From: a virus
Lineage: Duplodnaviria; Heunggongvirae; Uroviricota; Caudoviricetes
Reading direction: 5' to 3' (one strand)
Length of the DNA stretch: 31,556 nucleotides
IMG/VR virus record: IMGVR_UViG_2917849834_000001
Span: 1 to 31,556 of that record
The stretch's first letter is position 1; each line of letters begins with the position of its first letter. The position numbers and the translations under genes are program-made. The notes under the pieces were generated by a model that did not search any database, was not told the DNA's origin, and worked only from the letters and a program-made list of their open reading frames with translations. Of this stretch, positions 17,872-26,908 are shown one piece after another.

Positions 17872-18004
17872 CGGTGACCTGAACGCGTTGCTGGATGAAA
17901 CGGAGGCCGCCTGGGCGGTCTGTGCAGACAAAGTGGACATGATTATTGCGTGTCAGGAGAGAAACAGTGAACAAACCACAATCCCTGCGCCACGCCCTCA
18001 ATAA
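17714..18004 (+). CDS. lysC: o-spanin lipoprotein (LysC / Rz1-like), partly embedded in lysB in another frame
   Basis: 96 aa; lipobox LLTLSGC near the N-terminus; overlaps the 3' part of lysB out of frame. Confidence 0.7.
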   Translation: MRTRIYAAGLILLCLLTLSGCGNAPHSPEVQLTVSGCPRVTPCRLGQAAPRTNGDLNALLDETEAAWAVCADKVDMIIACQERNSEQTTIPAPRPQ

Positions 18005-18398
18005 AGCGGTGCCTTATGTCCGCAATAACCCGGACAAACTGCATCTGTTTGTGGATAACGGTTCGCTGGTTGCCACGGGGGCCAGCTCCATGTCGTGGGA
18101 GTACCGTTACACCCTGAACGCGGTGATTGAGGATTTCAGCGGCGACCAGAATCTGCTGATGGCCCCGGTTTTGCTGTGGCTGCGTGATAACCAGCCCGAT
18201 GCCATCAATAACCCGGCGTTACGGGAAAAGTTATTCACCTTTGAGGTGGATATTCTGCGCAATGATGTCTGTGATATCAGCCTGAACCTGCAACTGACGG
18301 AGCGTGTGCTGGTCAGCACTGACGGGAGTGTGTCGAGTGTTGAAGCGGTAGCGGAACCCGATGAACCTGATGAAATGTGGACGGTGAAACGTGGCTGA
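17946..18398 (+). CDS. R: Tail completion protein R (P2 gpR); start may be the GTG at 17966
   Basis: About 150 aa; KPQSLRHAL...LHLFVDNGS...VLLWLRDNQPD aligns with P2 gpR from memory. Confidence 0.8.
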   Translation: MRVRRETVNKPQSLRHALNKAVPYVRNNPDKLHLFVDNGSLVATGASSMSWEYRYTLNAVIEDFSGDQNLLMAPVLLWLRDNQPDAINNPALREKLFTFEVDILRNDVCDISLNLQLTERVLVSTDGSVSSVEAVAEPDEPDEMWTVKRG

Positions 18399-18837
18399 AC
18401 TGCAGAAGGTGGACGACTGGCTGAATGCCTTGCTGGCGAATCTGGAACCAGCCGCCAGAAGCCGCATGATGCGCCAGCTGGCGCAGGAACTGCGCCGGAC
18501 ACAGCAGCAGAACATCAGGATGCAGCGCAATCCTGATGGCAGCAGCTATGAACCGAGGCGAGTAACAGCACGCAGTAAAAAAGGCCGTATCAAACGTCAG
18601 ATGTTTGCAAAGCTGCGCACCACAAAATACCTGAAAACTGCCGCCAGCGCCGACTCTGCCAGCGTCCAGTTTGAAGGCAAGGTACAGCGCATTGCCCGTG
18701 TTCATCACTACGGCCTGCGCGATCGCGTCAGTCGTAAGGGACCGGAGGTCCGTTACGCAGAGCGTCGCCTTCTGGGTGTAAATGATGATGTTGAGGCAAT
18801 GACCCGTGACATGATTCTGCAATGGCTGGCGGGGTGA
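18391..18837 (+). CDS. S: Tail completion protein S (P2 gpS)
   Basis: 148 aa (P2 S is about 150) at the expected position, overlapping the R stop. Confidence 0.8.
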   Translation: MAELQKVDDWLNALLANLEPAARSRMMRQLAQELRRTQQQNIRMQRNPDGSSYEPRRVTARSKKGRIKRQMFAKLRTTKYLKTAASADSASVQFEGKVQRIARVHHYGLRDRVSRKGPEVRYAERRLLGVNDDVEAMTRDMILQWLAG

Positions 18838-18841
18838 TCTT

Positions 18842-18859
18842 TGTATCAGCACTGATACA
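18842..18859. promoter_or_regulatory. Late promoter activator site, perfect dyad TGTATCAGCACTGATACA (TGT-N12-ACA) upstream of gene V
   Basis: Perfect palindrome with TGT/ACA arms, about 50 nt upstream of the V start, the position of P2 promoter PV. Confidence 0.6.
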
Positions 18860-18905
18860 AGTTGCAGCACTGCCGCCTTTCTTCCCCTGATGGCAACCTT
18901 TCCCT

Positions 18906-19484
18906 ATGAACGCACAATTAACCGAAATCATGCGCCTTATCACCAATCTGATCCGCACAGGTGTAGTCACCGAAGTGGACCGGGAAAACTGGCTGTGTCG
19001 GGTGAAAACGGGCGACCTTGAAACTAACTGGATCAGTTGGCTGACGCTGCGTGCCGGGAATGCCCGCACATGGTGGCGACCATCGGAAGGTGAGCAGGTG
19101 GTACTGCTGAGTCTGGGAGGCAATCTGGAAACCGCCTTTGCGCTGCCCGCTGTCTATTCGAATCAGTTCGCGCCACCGTCGACGTCGGCGGAAGCCTGCG
19201 TGACAGAACATCCTGACGGTGGCTGGTTTGAATACGAACCCACCACCGGGCGCTGGTATGTCAGGGGCATCAAATCCATGGTCATTGAGGCTGCCGACAA
19301 CATAACCCTGAAAACCAGTGAGTTTGTACTGGATGCTGACCGCACACGTATTAACAGTGAAGTGGTGATCAATGGTGGCGTTACCCAGGGCGGCGGTGCA
19401 ATGAGTTCTAACGGGATCGTGGTTGATGCACATCAGCATACTGGCGTCCTGAAAGGCGGCGACACAACCGGAGGTCCGGTATGA
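18906..19484 (+). CDS. V: Baseplate spike/assembly protein V (P2 gpV)
   Basis: 192 aa at the P2 V position. Confidence 0.8.
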   Translation: MNAQLTEIMRLITNLIRTGVVTEVDRENWLCRVKTGDLETNWISWLTLRAGNARTWWRPSEGEQVVLLSLGGNLETAFALPAVYSNQFAPPSTSAEACVTEHPDGGWFEYEPTTGRWYVRGIKSMVIEAADNITLKTSEFVLDADRTRINSEVVINGGVTQGGGAMSSNGIVVDAHQHTGVLKGGDTTGGPV

Positions 19485-19840
19485 CGCTTTATAGCGGGAT
19501 GAACAATACCAGCGGTAAAGCCATTACTGATATTGACCATCTGCGCCAGTCGGTGCGGGACATTCTGCTGACACCGCAGGGTAGCCGTATTGCCCGTCGT
19601 GAATATGGTTCCCTGCTGTCGGCACTGATAGATCAGCCACAAAATCCGGCGTTACGCCTGCAGGTCATGTCGGCAGTGTATGTGGCGCTGAGTCGCTGGG
19701 AGCCACGGCTGACGCTGGATTCCATCACCATCAACAGCAATTTTGACGGTTCAATGGTGGTGGCGCTGACCGGGCGGCGTAATAACGGTGTGCCTGTGTC
19801 ACTTTCCGTATCAACAGGAGCAGAGAATGGCAGTGATTGA
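19481..19840 (+). CDS. W: Baseplate wedge protein W (P2 gpW, gp25-like)
   Basis: 119 aa (P2 W is about 115); start overlaps the V stop. Confidence 0.8.
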   Translation: MTLYSGMNNTSGKAITDIDHLRQSVRDILLTPQGSRIARREYGSLLSALIDQPQNPALRLQVMSAVYVALSRWEPRLTLDSITINSNFDGSMVVALTGRRNNGVPVSLSVSTGAENGSD

Positions 19841-20735
19841 CCTTTCGCAGTTGCCTGCGCCGCAGATTGTCGATGTGCCAGACTTTGAGACGCTGCTTGC
19901 CGAACGCAAGGCAGAATTTGTGGCGCTTCATCCGAAAGATGAGCAGGAAGCAGTGATGCGTACGCTGGAACTGGAATCTGAACCCGTCACTAAATTGTTG
20001 CAGGAGAACGCTTACCGTGAGTTGCTTCTGCGCCAGCGCATTAACGAAGCCGCGCAGGCGGTGATGGTGGCTTACGCGATGGGCGGCGATCTGGACCAGC
20101 TCGCTGCCAACTACAACGTGAAGCGCCTGACGGTGACGCCTGCTGATAATGACGCTGTGCCGCCCGTTGCGGCAGTGATGGAAAGCGATGAAGCGTTACG
20201 CCTGCGTGTGCCTGCAGCCTTTGAGGGGCTTTCAGTTGCGGGACCAACTGCCGCTTATGAATTTCATGCCCGAAGCGCCGACGGTCGGGTGGCGGATGCC
20301 AGTGCAACCAGTCCGGCACCTGCAGAGGTGGTACTGACTGTCCTGAGCCGTGAAGGCGACGGAACAGCAGAAAAAGATTTGCTGGATGTGGTGGAGAAAG
20401 CCCTGAACAGTGAGAATGTCCGCCCGGTGGCTGACCGTCTGACGGTTCGCAGCGCAGAAATCATCCCGTACCGCGTGGAAGCCACCATTTTTCTCTATCC
20501 GGGGCCGGAAGCAGAGCCGGTAATGGCTGCGGCAAAAGCCAGTCTGCAGAAGTACATCGCCAGTCAGACGCGGCTTGGCCGGGATATTCGCCGTAGTGCC
20601 ATCTTTGCCGCCCTGCATGTTGAGGGGGTGCAGCGTGTGGAGCTGGCTTCCCCGCTGGCGGATGTGGTCCTGAACAAAACACAGGCGGCATCATGTACGC
20701 AGTGGAGCGTAACCAACGGAGGAACGGATGAATAG
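19827..20735 (+). CDS. J: Baseplate assembly protein J (P2 gpJ)
   Basis: ATG at 19827 preceded by CAGGAGCAGAGA; about 302 aa, matching the P2 J size. Confidence 0.82.
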   Translation: MAVIDLSQLPAPQIVDVPDFETLLAERKAEFVALHPKDEQEAVMRTLELESEPVTKLLQENAYRELLLRQRINEAAQAVMVAYAMGGDLDQLAANYNVKRLTVTPADNDAVPPVAAVMESDEALRLRVPAAFEGLSVAGPTAAYEFHARSADGRVADASATSPAPAEVVLTVLSREGDGTAEKDLLDVVEKALNSENVRPVADRLTVRSAEIIPYRVEATIFLYPGPEAEPVMAAAKASLQKYIASQTRLGRDIRRSAIFAALHVEGVQRVELASPLADVVLNKTQAASCTQWSVTNGGTDE

Positions 20736-21333
20736 TCTGCTGCCACCGGGTTCAACACCACTGGAGCGCCGACTGGCGCAAACCTGCAGCGGGATTTCTG
20801 ATTTGCAGGTGCCTCTGCGTGACCTGTGGGATCCGGCTACCTGTCCGGTCAGTTTCCTGCCTTATCTCGCCTGGGCGTTCTCTGTGGATCGATGGGACGA
20901 GGACTGGACGGAAAGCGTCAAACGCCAGGTGGTAAAGGATGCCTTTTATATCCATCAGCATAAAGGAACCACCAGTGCCGTGCGGCGGGTGGTGGAGCCG
21001 TTCGGCTTTCTGATCCGCATTATTGAGTGGTGGCAGACCGGATAAGCACCCGGCACGTTTCGCCTGGACATTGGTGTGCAGGACCAGGGCATCACTGAAG
21101 ATACCTATCTGGAACTTGAGCGGCTGATAAGCGATGCCAAACCATGTAGCCGTCACATGATCGGCATGTCCATCAATCTGCAGACCAGTGGCCCGCACTG
21201 GGTGGGGGCCGCCAGTTATCTTGGCGAAGAAATCACGATTTATCCGTATATCAACGAAACGATTATTTCTGGCGGCACCGCGCATGAGGGCGGGGCAGTC
21301 CACGTTATTGACACAGTGAGAGTGAATCCATGA
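20728..21333 (+). pseudogene. I: Baseplate/tail protein I (P2 gpI) interrupted by an in-frame TAA at 21043-21045
   Basis: ORF 20728-21045 (EWWQTG, stop) and ORF 21076-21333 are in the same frame; translation across the stop continues APGTFRLDIGV, matching the middle of P2 gpI (about 176 aa as one protein). Confidence 0.6.
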
Positions 21334-22757
21334 GCACAAAATTTTATACCCTGCTGACGGAGATTGGTGCGGCGAAACTTGCCAGCGCCACTGCACTTGG
21401 TGTGCCGCTTAAAATTACCCATATGGCGGTAGGCGATGGCGGCGGAACATTACCAACGCCGGACGCAAAGCAGACGGCACTGGTAAATGAGAAACGCCGG
21501 GCTGCGCTGAATATGCTCTATATCGACCCGCAGAACAGCAGCCAGATTATTGCTGAACAGGTGATCCCCGAAAACGAGGGCGGTTGGTGGATCCGTGAAG
21601 TGGGCCTGTTTGATGAATCAGGGGCATTGATTGCCGTGGGAAACTGCCCGGAAAGCTATAAGCCGCAACTAGCTGAAGGCAGCGGGCGCACCCAGACCGT
21701 GCGCATGGTGCTGATTACCAGCAGTACCGATAATATCACACTGAAAATTGACCCTTCAGTGGTGCTGGCAACCCGCAAGTATGTGGATGACAAGGTGCTT
21801 GAGCTTAAGGTGTATGTGGATGACCTGATGGCAAAGCATCTTGCTGCTGCAGATCCTCATACGCAGTATGCGCCCAAAGACAGCCCAACATTGACTGGCA
21901 CGCCGAAAACGCCAACAGCACCGGCGGGAACTAACACGACTCAGATTGCTAGCACGGCATTTGTGCAGGCGGTGGTCACTGCGCTAAATAACGCACTGGC
22001 GTTGAAAGCTCCACTGGCAAGTCCGGCCCTGACCGGAACGCCGACGGCTCCGACTGCAGCGCAAACGGCGAACAATACGCAGATTGCCACCACGGCATTT
22101 GTGAAAGCGGCAGTTGCCGAGATGGTCGGTTCATCGCCGGAGGCGCTGGATACGTTAAATGAATTGGCTGCTGCGCTGGGGAATGATCCTAACTTTGCGA
22201 CAACAGTAATGAGTGCGCTGGCGGGAAAAATGAACAAAGCAGCTAATGGCGCTGATATTGCCGATGTTTCTGCTTTTCTAAAAAACCTTCATCTTGGGGA
22301 GGGCAGTGCGTTGCCAGTCGGTGTTCCTGTTCCGTGGCCTACTGCAATACCGCCGGAAGGTTGGTTGAAGTGTAATGGAGCATCATTCAGTTCCTCGCAA
22401 TATCCGAAACTGGCGCAGGTTTATCCGTCATTAAAATTACCAGATCTACGCAGTGAGTTTATTCGCGGCTGGGACGATGGGCGTGGCGTAGACGCTGGAC
22501 GTCAGGTTCTAACGTCTCAGACTGATGCTATGCAGCCGATTATCGGCTCCATTGGCTATGGTACAAACGGTATGTTTACTTATGCTGATGGAGCTTTTAC
22601 GGGTATAGATCGTGAAAGCGGAGACGGTATTGTTACACAGGCAACAAGCATCTCACAATATAAACAGGCTCACTTAGATTCAAGTACGATAACACGAACA
22701 GCGGCAGAAACACGTCCACGGAATATTTCATTTAATTACATTGTGAGAGCAGCATAA
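21330..22757 (+). CDS. H: Tail fibre protein (P2 gpH family) with variable C-terminal receptor-binding region
   Basis: N-terminus (MSTKFYTLLTEIGAAKLA...MAVGDGGG) matches P2 gpH; internal tandem repeats (about 21879-22140); the conserved LNELAAALGNDPNFATT block; C-terminal third unlike P2 and AT-richer. Confidence 0.85.
   Translation: MSTKFYTLLTEIGAAKLASATALGVPLKITHMAVGDGGGTLPTPDAKQTALVNEKRRAALNMLYIDPQNSSQIIAEQVIPENEGGWWIREVGLFDESGALIAVGNCPESYKPQLAEGSGRTQTVRMVLITSSTDNITLKIDPSVVLATRKYVDDKVLELKVYVDDLMAKHLAAADPHTQYAPKDSPTLTGTPKTPTAPAGTNTTQIASTAFVQAVVTALNNALALKAPLASPALTGTPTAPTAAQTANNTQIATTAFVKAAVAEMVGSSPEALDTLNELAAALGNDPNFATTVMSALAGKMNKAANGADIADVSAFLKNLHLGEGSALPVGVPVPWPTAIPPEGWLKCNGASFSSSQYPKLAQVYPSLKLPDLRSEFIRGWDDGRGVDAGRQVLTSQTDAMQPIIGSIGYGTNGMFTYADGAFTGIDRESGDGIVTQATSISQYKQAHLDSSTITRTAAETRPRNISFNYIVRAA
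21879..22140 (+). repeat. Two tandem copies of an about 40-aa tail-fibre repeat within gene H
   Basis: Protein segments SPTLTGTPKTPTAPAGTNTTQIASTAFVQAVV and SPALTGTPTAPTAAQTANNTQIATTAFVKAAV. Confidence 0.6.
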
Positions 22758-23353
22758 TGACAGAAGCGAAACTAAATAATGAGTTTATAGCTGTGGAATC
22801 TGGCAATATAACGGTGTTTAACTTTGATATTGAAACTCGTGAATATCTTTCTTCTAGTGTTGAATTTCTTGCTGTAGGGGTTGGGATTCCAGCTAATTCA
22901 TGCATTGATATGCCGGGTAAAAGTAAAAAAGGGTTAACCATTTGCCGGACTAAGGATCTTACCGCGTGGGAATATATTGCTGATCATCGAGGTGAGACTG
23001 TTTACAGCACCGAAACTGGCAAAAAAATAGCTGTAACAGTGCTCGGCGATTACCCAGAAAAAACTACGAAACTACCTCCTGCTACACCATACGATAAGTG
23101 GAACGGTAGTGCATGGGTGACAGATACCGAGATGCAGCACGAGGTTGACGTGGAAACTGCTGATCAGAAGAAAGCGGAGCTTCTGGCAAAGGCTCAGCTA
23201 ACAATCAATCTATGGCAGACAGAACTACAATTAGGAATTATCAGTGATGAAGATAAAGTCAGACTAATCACTTGGATGAATTACATCAAAGCGGTGCAGT
23301 TGGTAGACACGTCAACTGCGCCAGATATAACGTGGCCGAGGAAGCCCGAGTGA
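22757..23353 (+). CDS. G: Tail fibre assembly chaperone (P2 gpG / Tfa family)
   Basis: 198 aa immediately after the fibre gene (ATGA overlap). Confidence 0.8.
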   Translation: MTEAKLNNEFIAVESGNITVFNFDIETREYLSSSVEFLAVGVGIPANSCIDMPGKSKKGLTICRTKDLTAWEYIADHRGETVYSTETGKKIAVTVLGDYPEKTTKLPPATPYDKWNGSAWVTDTEMQHEVDVETADQKKAELLAKAQLTINLWQTELQLGIISDEDKVRLITWMNYIKAVQLVDTSTAPDITWPRKPE

Positions 23354-23378
23354 CTGAGAATTAAATGGTTAGTATCAT

Positions 23379-23420
23379 CCTCCCCCACACTGCCTATATG
23401 GTATGAATACGAGGGGGAGG
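23379..23420 (+). terminator. Possible hairpin after the tail-fibre operon
   Basis: CCTCCCCC ... GGGGGAGG 8-bp stem with about 26-nt loop, followed by a T-rich stretch; loop is long, so uncertain. Confidence 0.3.
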
Positions 23421-23480
23421 CTGTTTGTTGTCTGTTTCTGTGATAATATTAGATTCTCGTTTTTTAATAAAAAAATCAAT

Positions 23481-24491
23481 ATGAAAGAGAATAAAATACG
23501 TTCTGCCGATGGCGTGAGAGGTTTCGCTTTGATGATTGTTGTGGTGATGCATGCTACGGGACTATTCTTTCCCTCACTTCATGATCATCTTGGAGGTACG
23601 GGGCAGCCCGGTGTTTGGTTGTTTTTTGTTCTTAGCGCCTTTTTGTTGACACATAAATTTATTAATTCTGGTTTTTCGTTTTTGAATGTGTTGAGTTATC
23701 TTTTAGGGCGAACAATAAGGATATTACCGATTTTTTATATTGCAGTATTAATTTATTACCTTATGGGATTTTATGATTTAGAGAAAATGAAATCGATAAT
23801 TTCATTTGATAGTACTTACATCCATCTCTGGACTATTCCGATAGAATTCAAGTTTTACTTTTTGTTGCCGATTGTGGTTTATCTCGCATCTAGTATCCAG
23901 AAAGTTGCAGGTAGAAAATATTCTTTGTTGTTTTTGATATTGTTAACCTTAGCGTTCGCTTTTATATACCCTTATACGGATGACGAAATCAACGGTAGGC
24001 TACCGTATTATATTCCTGTTTTTATGTATGGAATTATAATTGCGTTTATGTATAACTATTTTCAAATTAAAATATCATCTCTCGTTAGTGATGGGGTGTC
24101 AATTGCGATTATATTAATATTTATAATGTTGACCCCTCCTTTTCAGGGGGCTAATGGTTGGCTGGGTAATAAATTTGTGGTATTAGGGCCATTTATTGCT
24201 CTCTTTGTATATCTGCAAGTAAATTCCAGTGGGTATGTAAGCGCGGTTTTATCTTCAAAAATCATGGCGGATTTGGGGAAATATAGTTTTTCAATTTATT
24301 TGTTTCATATAATGATAATTTTTATTGTTTATCCTAAATTTTTGGATAATGTTACTGCATACTTAGTTACTATAGCTTTATGTATTGGCGGTGGGGCTAT
24401 TGCCTATCATTGCATTGAATCTCCCTTGGAATCGTTCAGACATAAGCTTATGAAAAGAATAACGCAGGCTTATCAGAATCAAAATATTTAA
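23481..24491 (+). CDS. Acyltransferase family 3 (OafA/Oac-like) integral membrane protein; candidate lysogenic-conversion gene
   Basis: About 336 aa from the ATG at 23481; N-terminal RSADGVRGFALMIVVVMH motif typical of acyltransferase-3 proteins; about 10 hydrophobic segments; strongly AT-rich; located between G and FI. Confidence 0.75.
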   Translation: MKENKIRSADGVRGFALMIVVVMHATGLFFPSLHDHLGGTGQPGVWLFFVLSAFLLTHKFINSGFSFLNVLSYLLGRTIRILPIFYIAVLIYYLMGFYDLEKMKSIISFDSTYIHLWTIPIEFKFYFLLPIVVYLASSIQKVAGRKYSLLFLILLTLAFAFIYPYTDDEINGRLPYYIPVFMYGIIIAFMYNYFQIKISSLVSDGVSIAIILIFIMLTPPFQGANGWLGNKFVVLGPFIALFVYLQVNSSGYVSAVLSSKIMADLGKYSFSIYLFHIMIIFIVYPKFLDNVTAYLVTIALCIGGGAIAYHCIESPLESFRHKLMKRITQAYQNQNI

Positions 24492-24505
24492 GTAAAAGCA
24501 AAAAA

Positions 24506-24534
24506 GGCTCTCGTCAACCGACGAAGCCTTTTAA
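24506..24534. terminator. Hairpin terminator flanked by A-run and T-run (possibly bidirectional)
   Basis: AAAAAA-GGCTCTCGTC-AACC-GACGAAGCC-TTTTAAAA; stem has one bulge. Confidence 0.55.
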
Positions 24535-24625
24535 AACGAGTATTAATTCCCGTCCTGTAAAGTGCCCCCTATCCCAGAACAACGTTTTTAGTTATCAACG
24601 CCGTTCCGAAAATTTCCTGCGACGT

Positions 24626-24643
24626 TGTGTGATTAACCGTACA
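24626..24643. promoter_or_regulatory. Late promoter activator site TGT-N12-ACA upstream of the tail sheath gene (PF-like)
   Basis: TGTGTGATTAACCGTACA, about 75-95 nt upstream of the FI start. Confidence 0.5.
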
Positions 24644-24719
24644 ACGCACATCAGCTGTCTGCATGGCGTAATCAATACAACATAGGGCGAAGCCTAAACC
24701 AATCAGGAGGTTCGCCACT

Positions 24720-25892
24720 ATGGCTCAGGATTACCACCACGGGGTGCGCGTTGTTGAAGTCAACGAAGGCACCCGATCCATTACCACGGTGAGCACCGCC
24801 ATCGTGGGCATGGTCTGCACGGGCGATGATGCCGATGCAAAAATGTTTCCTCTTAATAAACCCGTGCTGATCACTGATGTACTGACCGCCAGCGGTAAAG
24901 CGGGTGAGTCCGGCACGCTGGCCCGTTCGCTGGATGCCATCGCTGACCAGGCAAAACCCGTGACCGTTGTTGTGCGTGTGCCACAGGGTGAAACGGAAGA
25001 AGAAACCACAACCAATATCATTGGCGCAGTGACCGCCGAGGGTAAAAAAACAGGCATGAAAGCCCTGTTATCTGCCCAGTCACAGCTCGGCGTTAAACCG
25101 CGCATTCTCGGCGTGCCAGGTCACGATAACAAAGCCGTTGCGACTGAGTTGCTGAGCGTGGCGCAAAGCCTGCGCGGGTTTGCTTACCTGTCGGCGTATG
25201 GCTGCAAAACAGTGGAAGAAGTGCTTACCTACCGCGAAAACTTCAGTCAGCGTGAAGGGATGCTGATCTGGCCGGATTTTATCAGCTGGGACACGGTGCT
25301 GAATGCCGAAGCAACGGCATATGCCACCGCGCGTGCGCTTGGCCTGCGCGCCAAAATTGACGAGCAGACCGGATGGCACAAAAGCCTGTCCAACGTGGGC
25401 GTGAACGGTGTCACCGGAATTTCTGCTGATGTGTTCTGGGATCTGCAGGACCCGGCAACAGATGCAGGTCTGCTGAACCAGAACGACGTCACCACGCTTG
25501 TGCGCAAAGACGGTTTCCGCTTCTGGGGGTCCCGCTGCCTGAGTGATGACCCGCTCTTTGCCTTCGAAAACTACACCCGCACGGCGCAGGTACTGATGGA
25601 CACGATGGCAGAAGCGCACATGTGGGCGGTGGACAAACCGCTGAACCCGTCGCTGGCCCGCGACATTATCGAAGGTATCCGCGCCAAAATGCGTAGCCTG
25701 GTCAGTCAGGGCTATCTCATTGGTGGTGATTGCTGGCTGGACGAGTCGGTGAACGATAAAGACACTCTGAAAGCCGGGAAGCTCACCATCGATTACGACT
25801 ACACGCCAGTGCCGCCACTTGAAAACCTGATGCTGCGACAGCGCATCACCGATCAGTACCTGGTGAATTTCTCCAGCCAGGTCAGCGCGTAA
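24720..25892 (+). CDS. FI: Contractile tail sheath protein (P2 gpFI)
   Basis: 390 aa; long stretches align with P2 FI from memory ([33 protein letters not shown]); RBS CAGGAGG. Confidence 0.9.
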   Translation: MAQDYHHGVRVVEVNEGTRSITTVSTAIVGMVCTGDDADAKMFPLNKPVLITDVLTASGKAGESGTLARSLDAIADQAKPVTVVVRVPQGETEEETTTNIIGAVTAEGKKTGMKALLSAQSQLGVKPRILGVPGHDNKAVATELLSVAQSLRGFAYLSAYGCKTVEEVLTYRENFSQREGMLIWPDFISWDTVLNAEATAYATARALGLRAKIDEQTGWHKSLSNVGVNGVTGISADVFWDLQDPATDAGLLNQNDVTTLVRKDGFRFWGSRCLSDDPLFAFENYTRTAQVLMDTMAEAHMWAVDKPLNPSLARDIIEGIRAKMRSLVSQGYLIGGDCWLDESVNDKDTLKAGKLTIDYDYTPVPPLENLMLRQRITDQYLVNFSSQVSA

Positions 25893-25901
25893 GGGGACAA
25901 C

Positions 25902-26417
25902 ATGGCTTTACCACGCAAATTAAAACACCTGAACCTGTTTAACGACGGGAACAACTGGCAGGGGATCGTTGAGTCGCTGACGCTGCCGAAATTCACCCGC
26001 AAATATGAGAAGTATCGCGGCGGCGGTATGCCGGGGGCGGTGGATGTGGATCTGGGGCTGGATGACGGCGCACTGGATACAGAATTTTCCATTGGTGGTA
26101 CTGAACTGCTGCTGTTTAAGCAGATGGGCAAAGCTACGGTGGATGGCATCCAGCTGCGCTTTACCGGCTCTATCCAGCGTGACGATACCGGGGAAGTGCA
26201 GGCCGTGGAGCTTGTGGTGCGTGGACGTCACAAAGAAGTGGATTCCGGCGAGTGGAAGACGGGCGAAAGCAACACCACCAAAGTGACCAGCACCAACAGC
26301 TACGCGAAGCTGACCATCAATGGTGAGGTGCTCTATGAAGTGGACCTTATCAACATGGTGGAAATTGTGGACGGAGTGGACCTGATGGAAGCGCACCGCA
26401 ACGCCCTCGGCCTCTGA
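25902..26417 (+). CDS. FII: Tail tube protein (P2 gpFII)
   Basis: 171 aa (P2 FII is about 172) immediately after the sheath gene. Confidence 0.88.
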   Translation: MALPRKLKHLNLFNDGNNWQGIVESLTLPKFTRKYEKYRGGGMPGAVDVDLGLDDGALDTEFSIGGTELLLFKQMGKATVDGIQLRFTGSIQRDDTGEVQAVELVVRGRHKEVDSGEWKTGESNTTKVTSTNSYAKLTINGEVLYEVDLINMVEIVDGVDLMEAHRNALGL

Positions 26418-26471
26418 AGTATCTGAACGGCGCGGAATACCGCGCCAGAACCCAATTTACAGGACAACAAA

Positions 26472-26774
26472 ATGAGCGATAAGCAGACTGAAAAGACCAT
26501 TCAACTGGATACCCCCATCATGCGCGGTAAAACAGAAATTACCGAAATTGTGCTGCGTAAACCGCAGTCTGGTGCGCTGCGCGGCACACGCCTGCAGGCC
26601 ATTATGGATATGGATGTGAACGCGATGATGACCGTGATCCCCCGCATCTCCAGTCCGGCACTGACTGCACAGGAAATCGCAGAGATGGACCCGGCAGATC
26701 TCACTGCCATGTCGGTTGAGGTTGTCACTTTTTTGTTGAAGAAGTCGGTGCTTGCCGGTTTACCGACAGCCTGA
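26472..26774 (+). CDS. E: Tail assembly chaperone E (P2 gpE)
   Basis: 100 aa; contains the PRISSPALT...MDPADL block shared with P2 gpE. Confidence 0.8.
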   Translation: MSDKQTEKTIQLDTPIMRGKTEITEIVLRKPQSGALRGTRLQAIMDMDVNAMMTVIPRISSPALTAQEIAEMDPADLTAMSVEVVTFLLKKSVLAGLPTA

Positions 26775-26908
26775 CGGTTGACGATCTGGTGGCAGATATC
26801 GCCACCATCTTTCACTGGCCGCCATCCGTTACTGACGTTATGCCGCTGACCGAAGTGCTGGAATGGCGGTATAAAGCGATTCAGAGAAGCGGGGCCAGCC
26901 ATGAGTGA
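26472..26908 (+). CDS. E': Tail assembly chaperone frameshift product E+E' (programmed -1 frameshift at T-TTT-TTG, 26729-26735)
   Basis: Slippery heptamer positioned X-XXY-YYZ in the E frame; the -1 frame continues open for about 58 codons (…CRFTDSLTVDDLVADIATIFHWPPSV…) to a TGA at 26906-26908 overlapping the T start. Confidence 0.7.

Noticed and set aside
23403-23480. N-terminal extension of the acyltransferase ORF given in the ORF track
   Set aside because: The extension crosses the hairpin after gene G and lacks an RBS; the ATG at 23481 after an AT-rich leader is the more plausible start.
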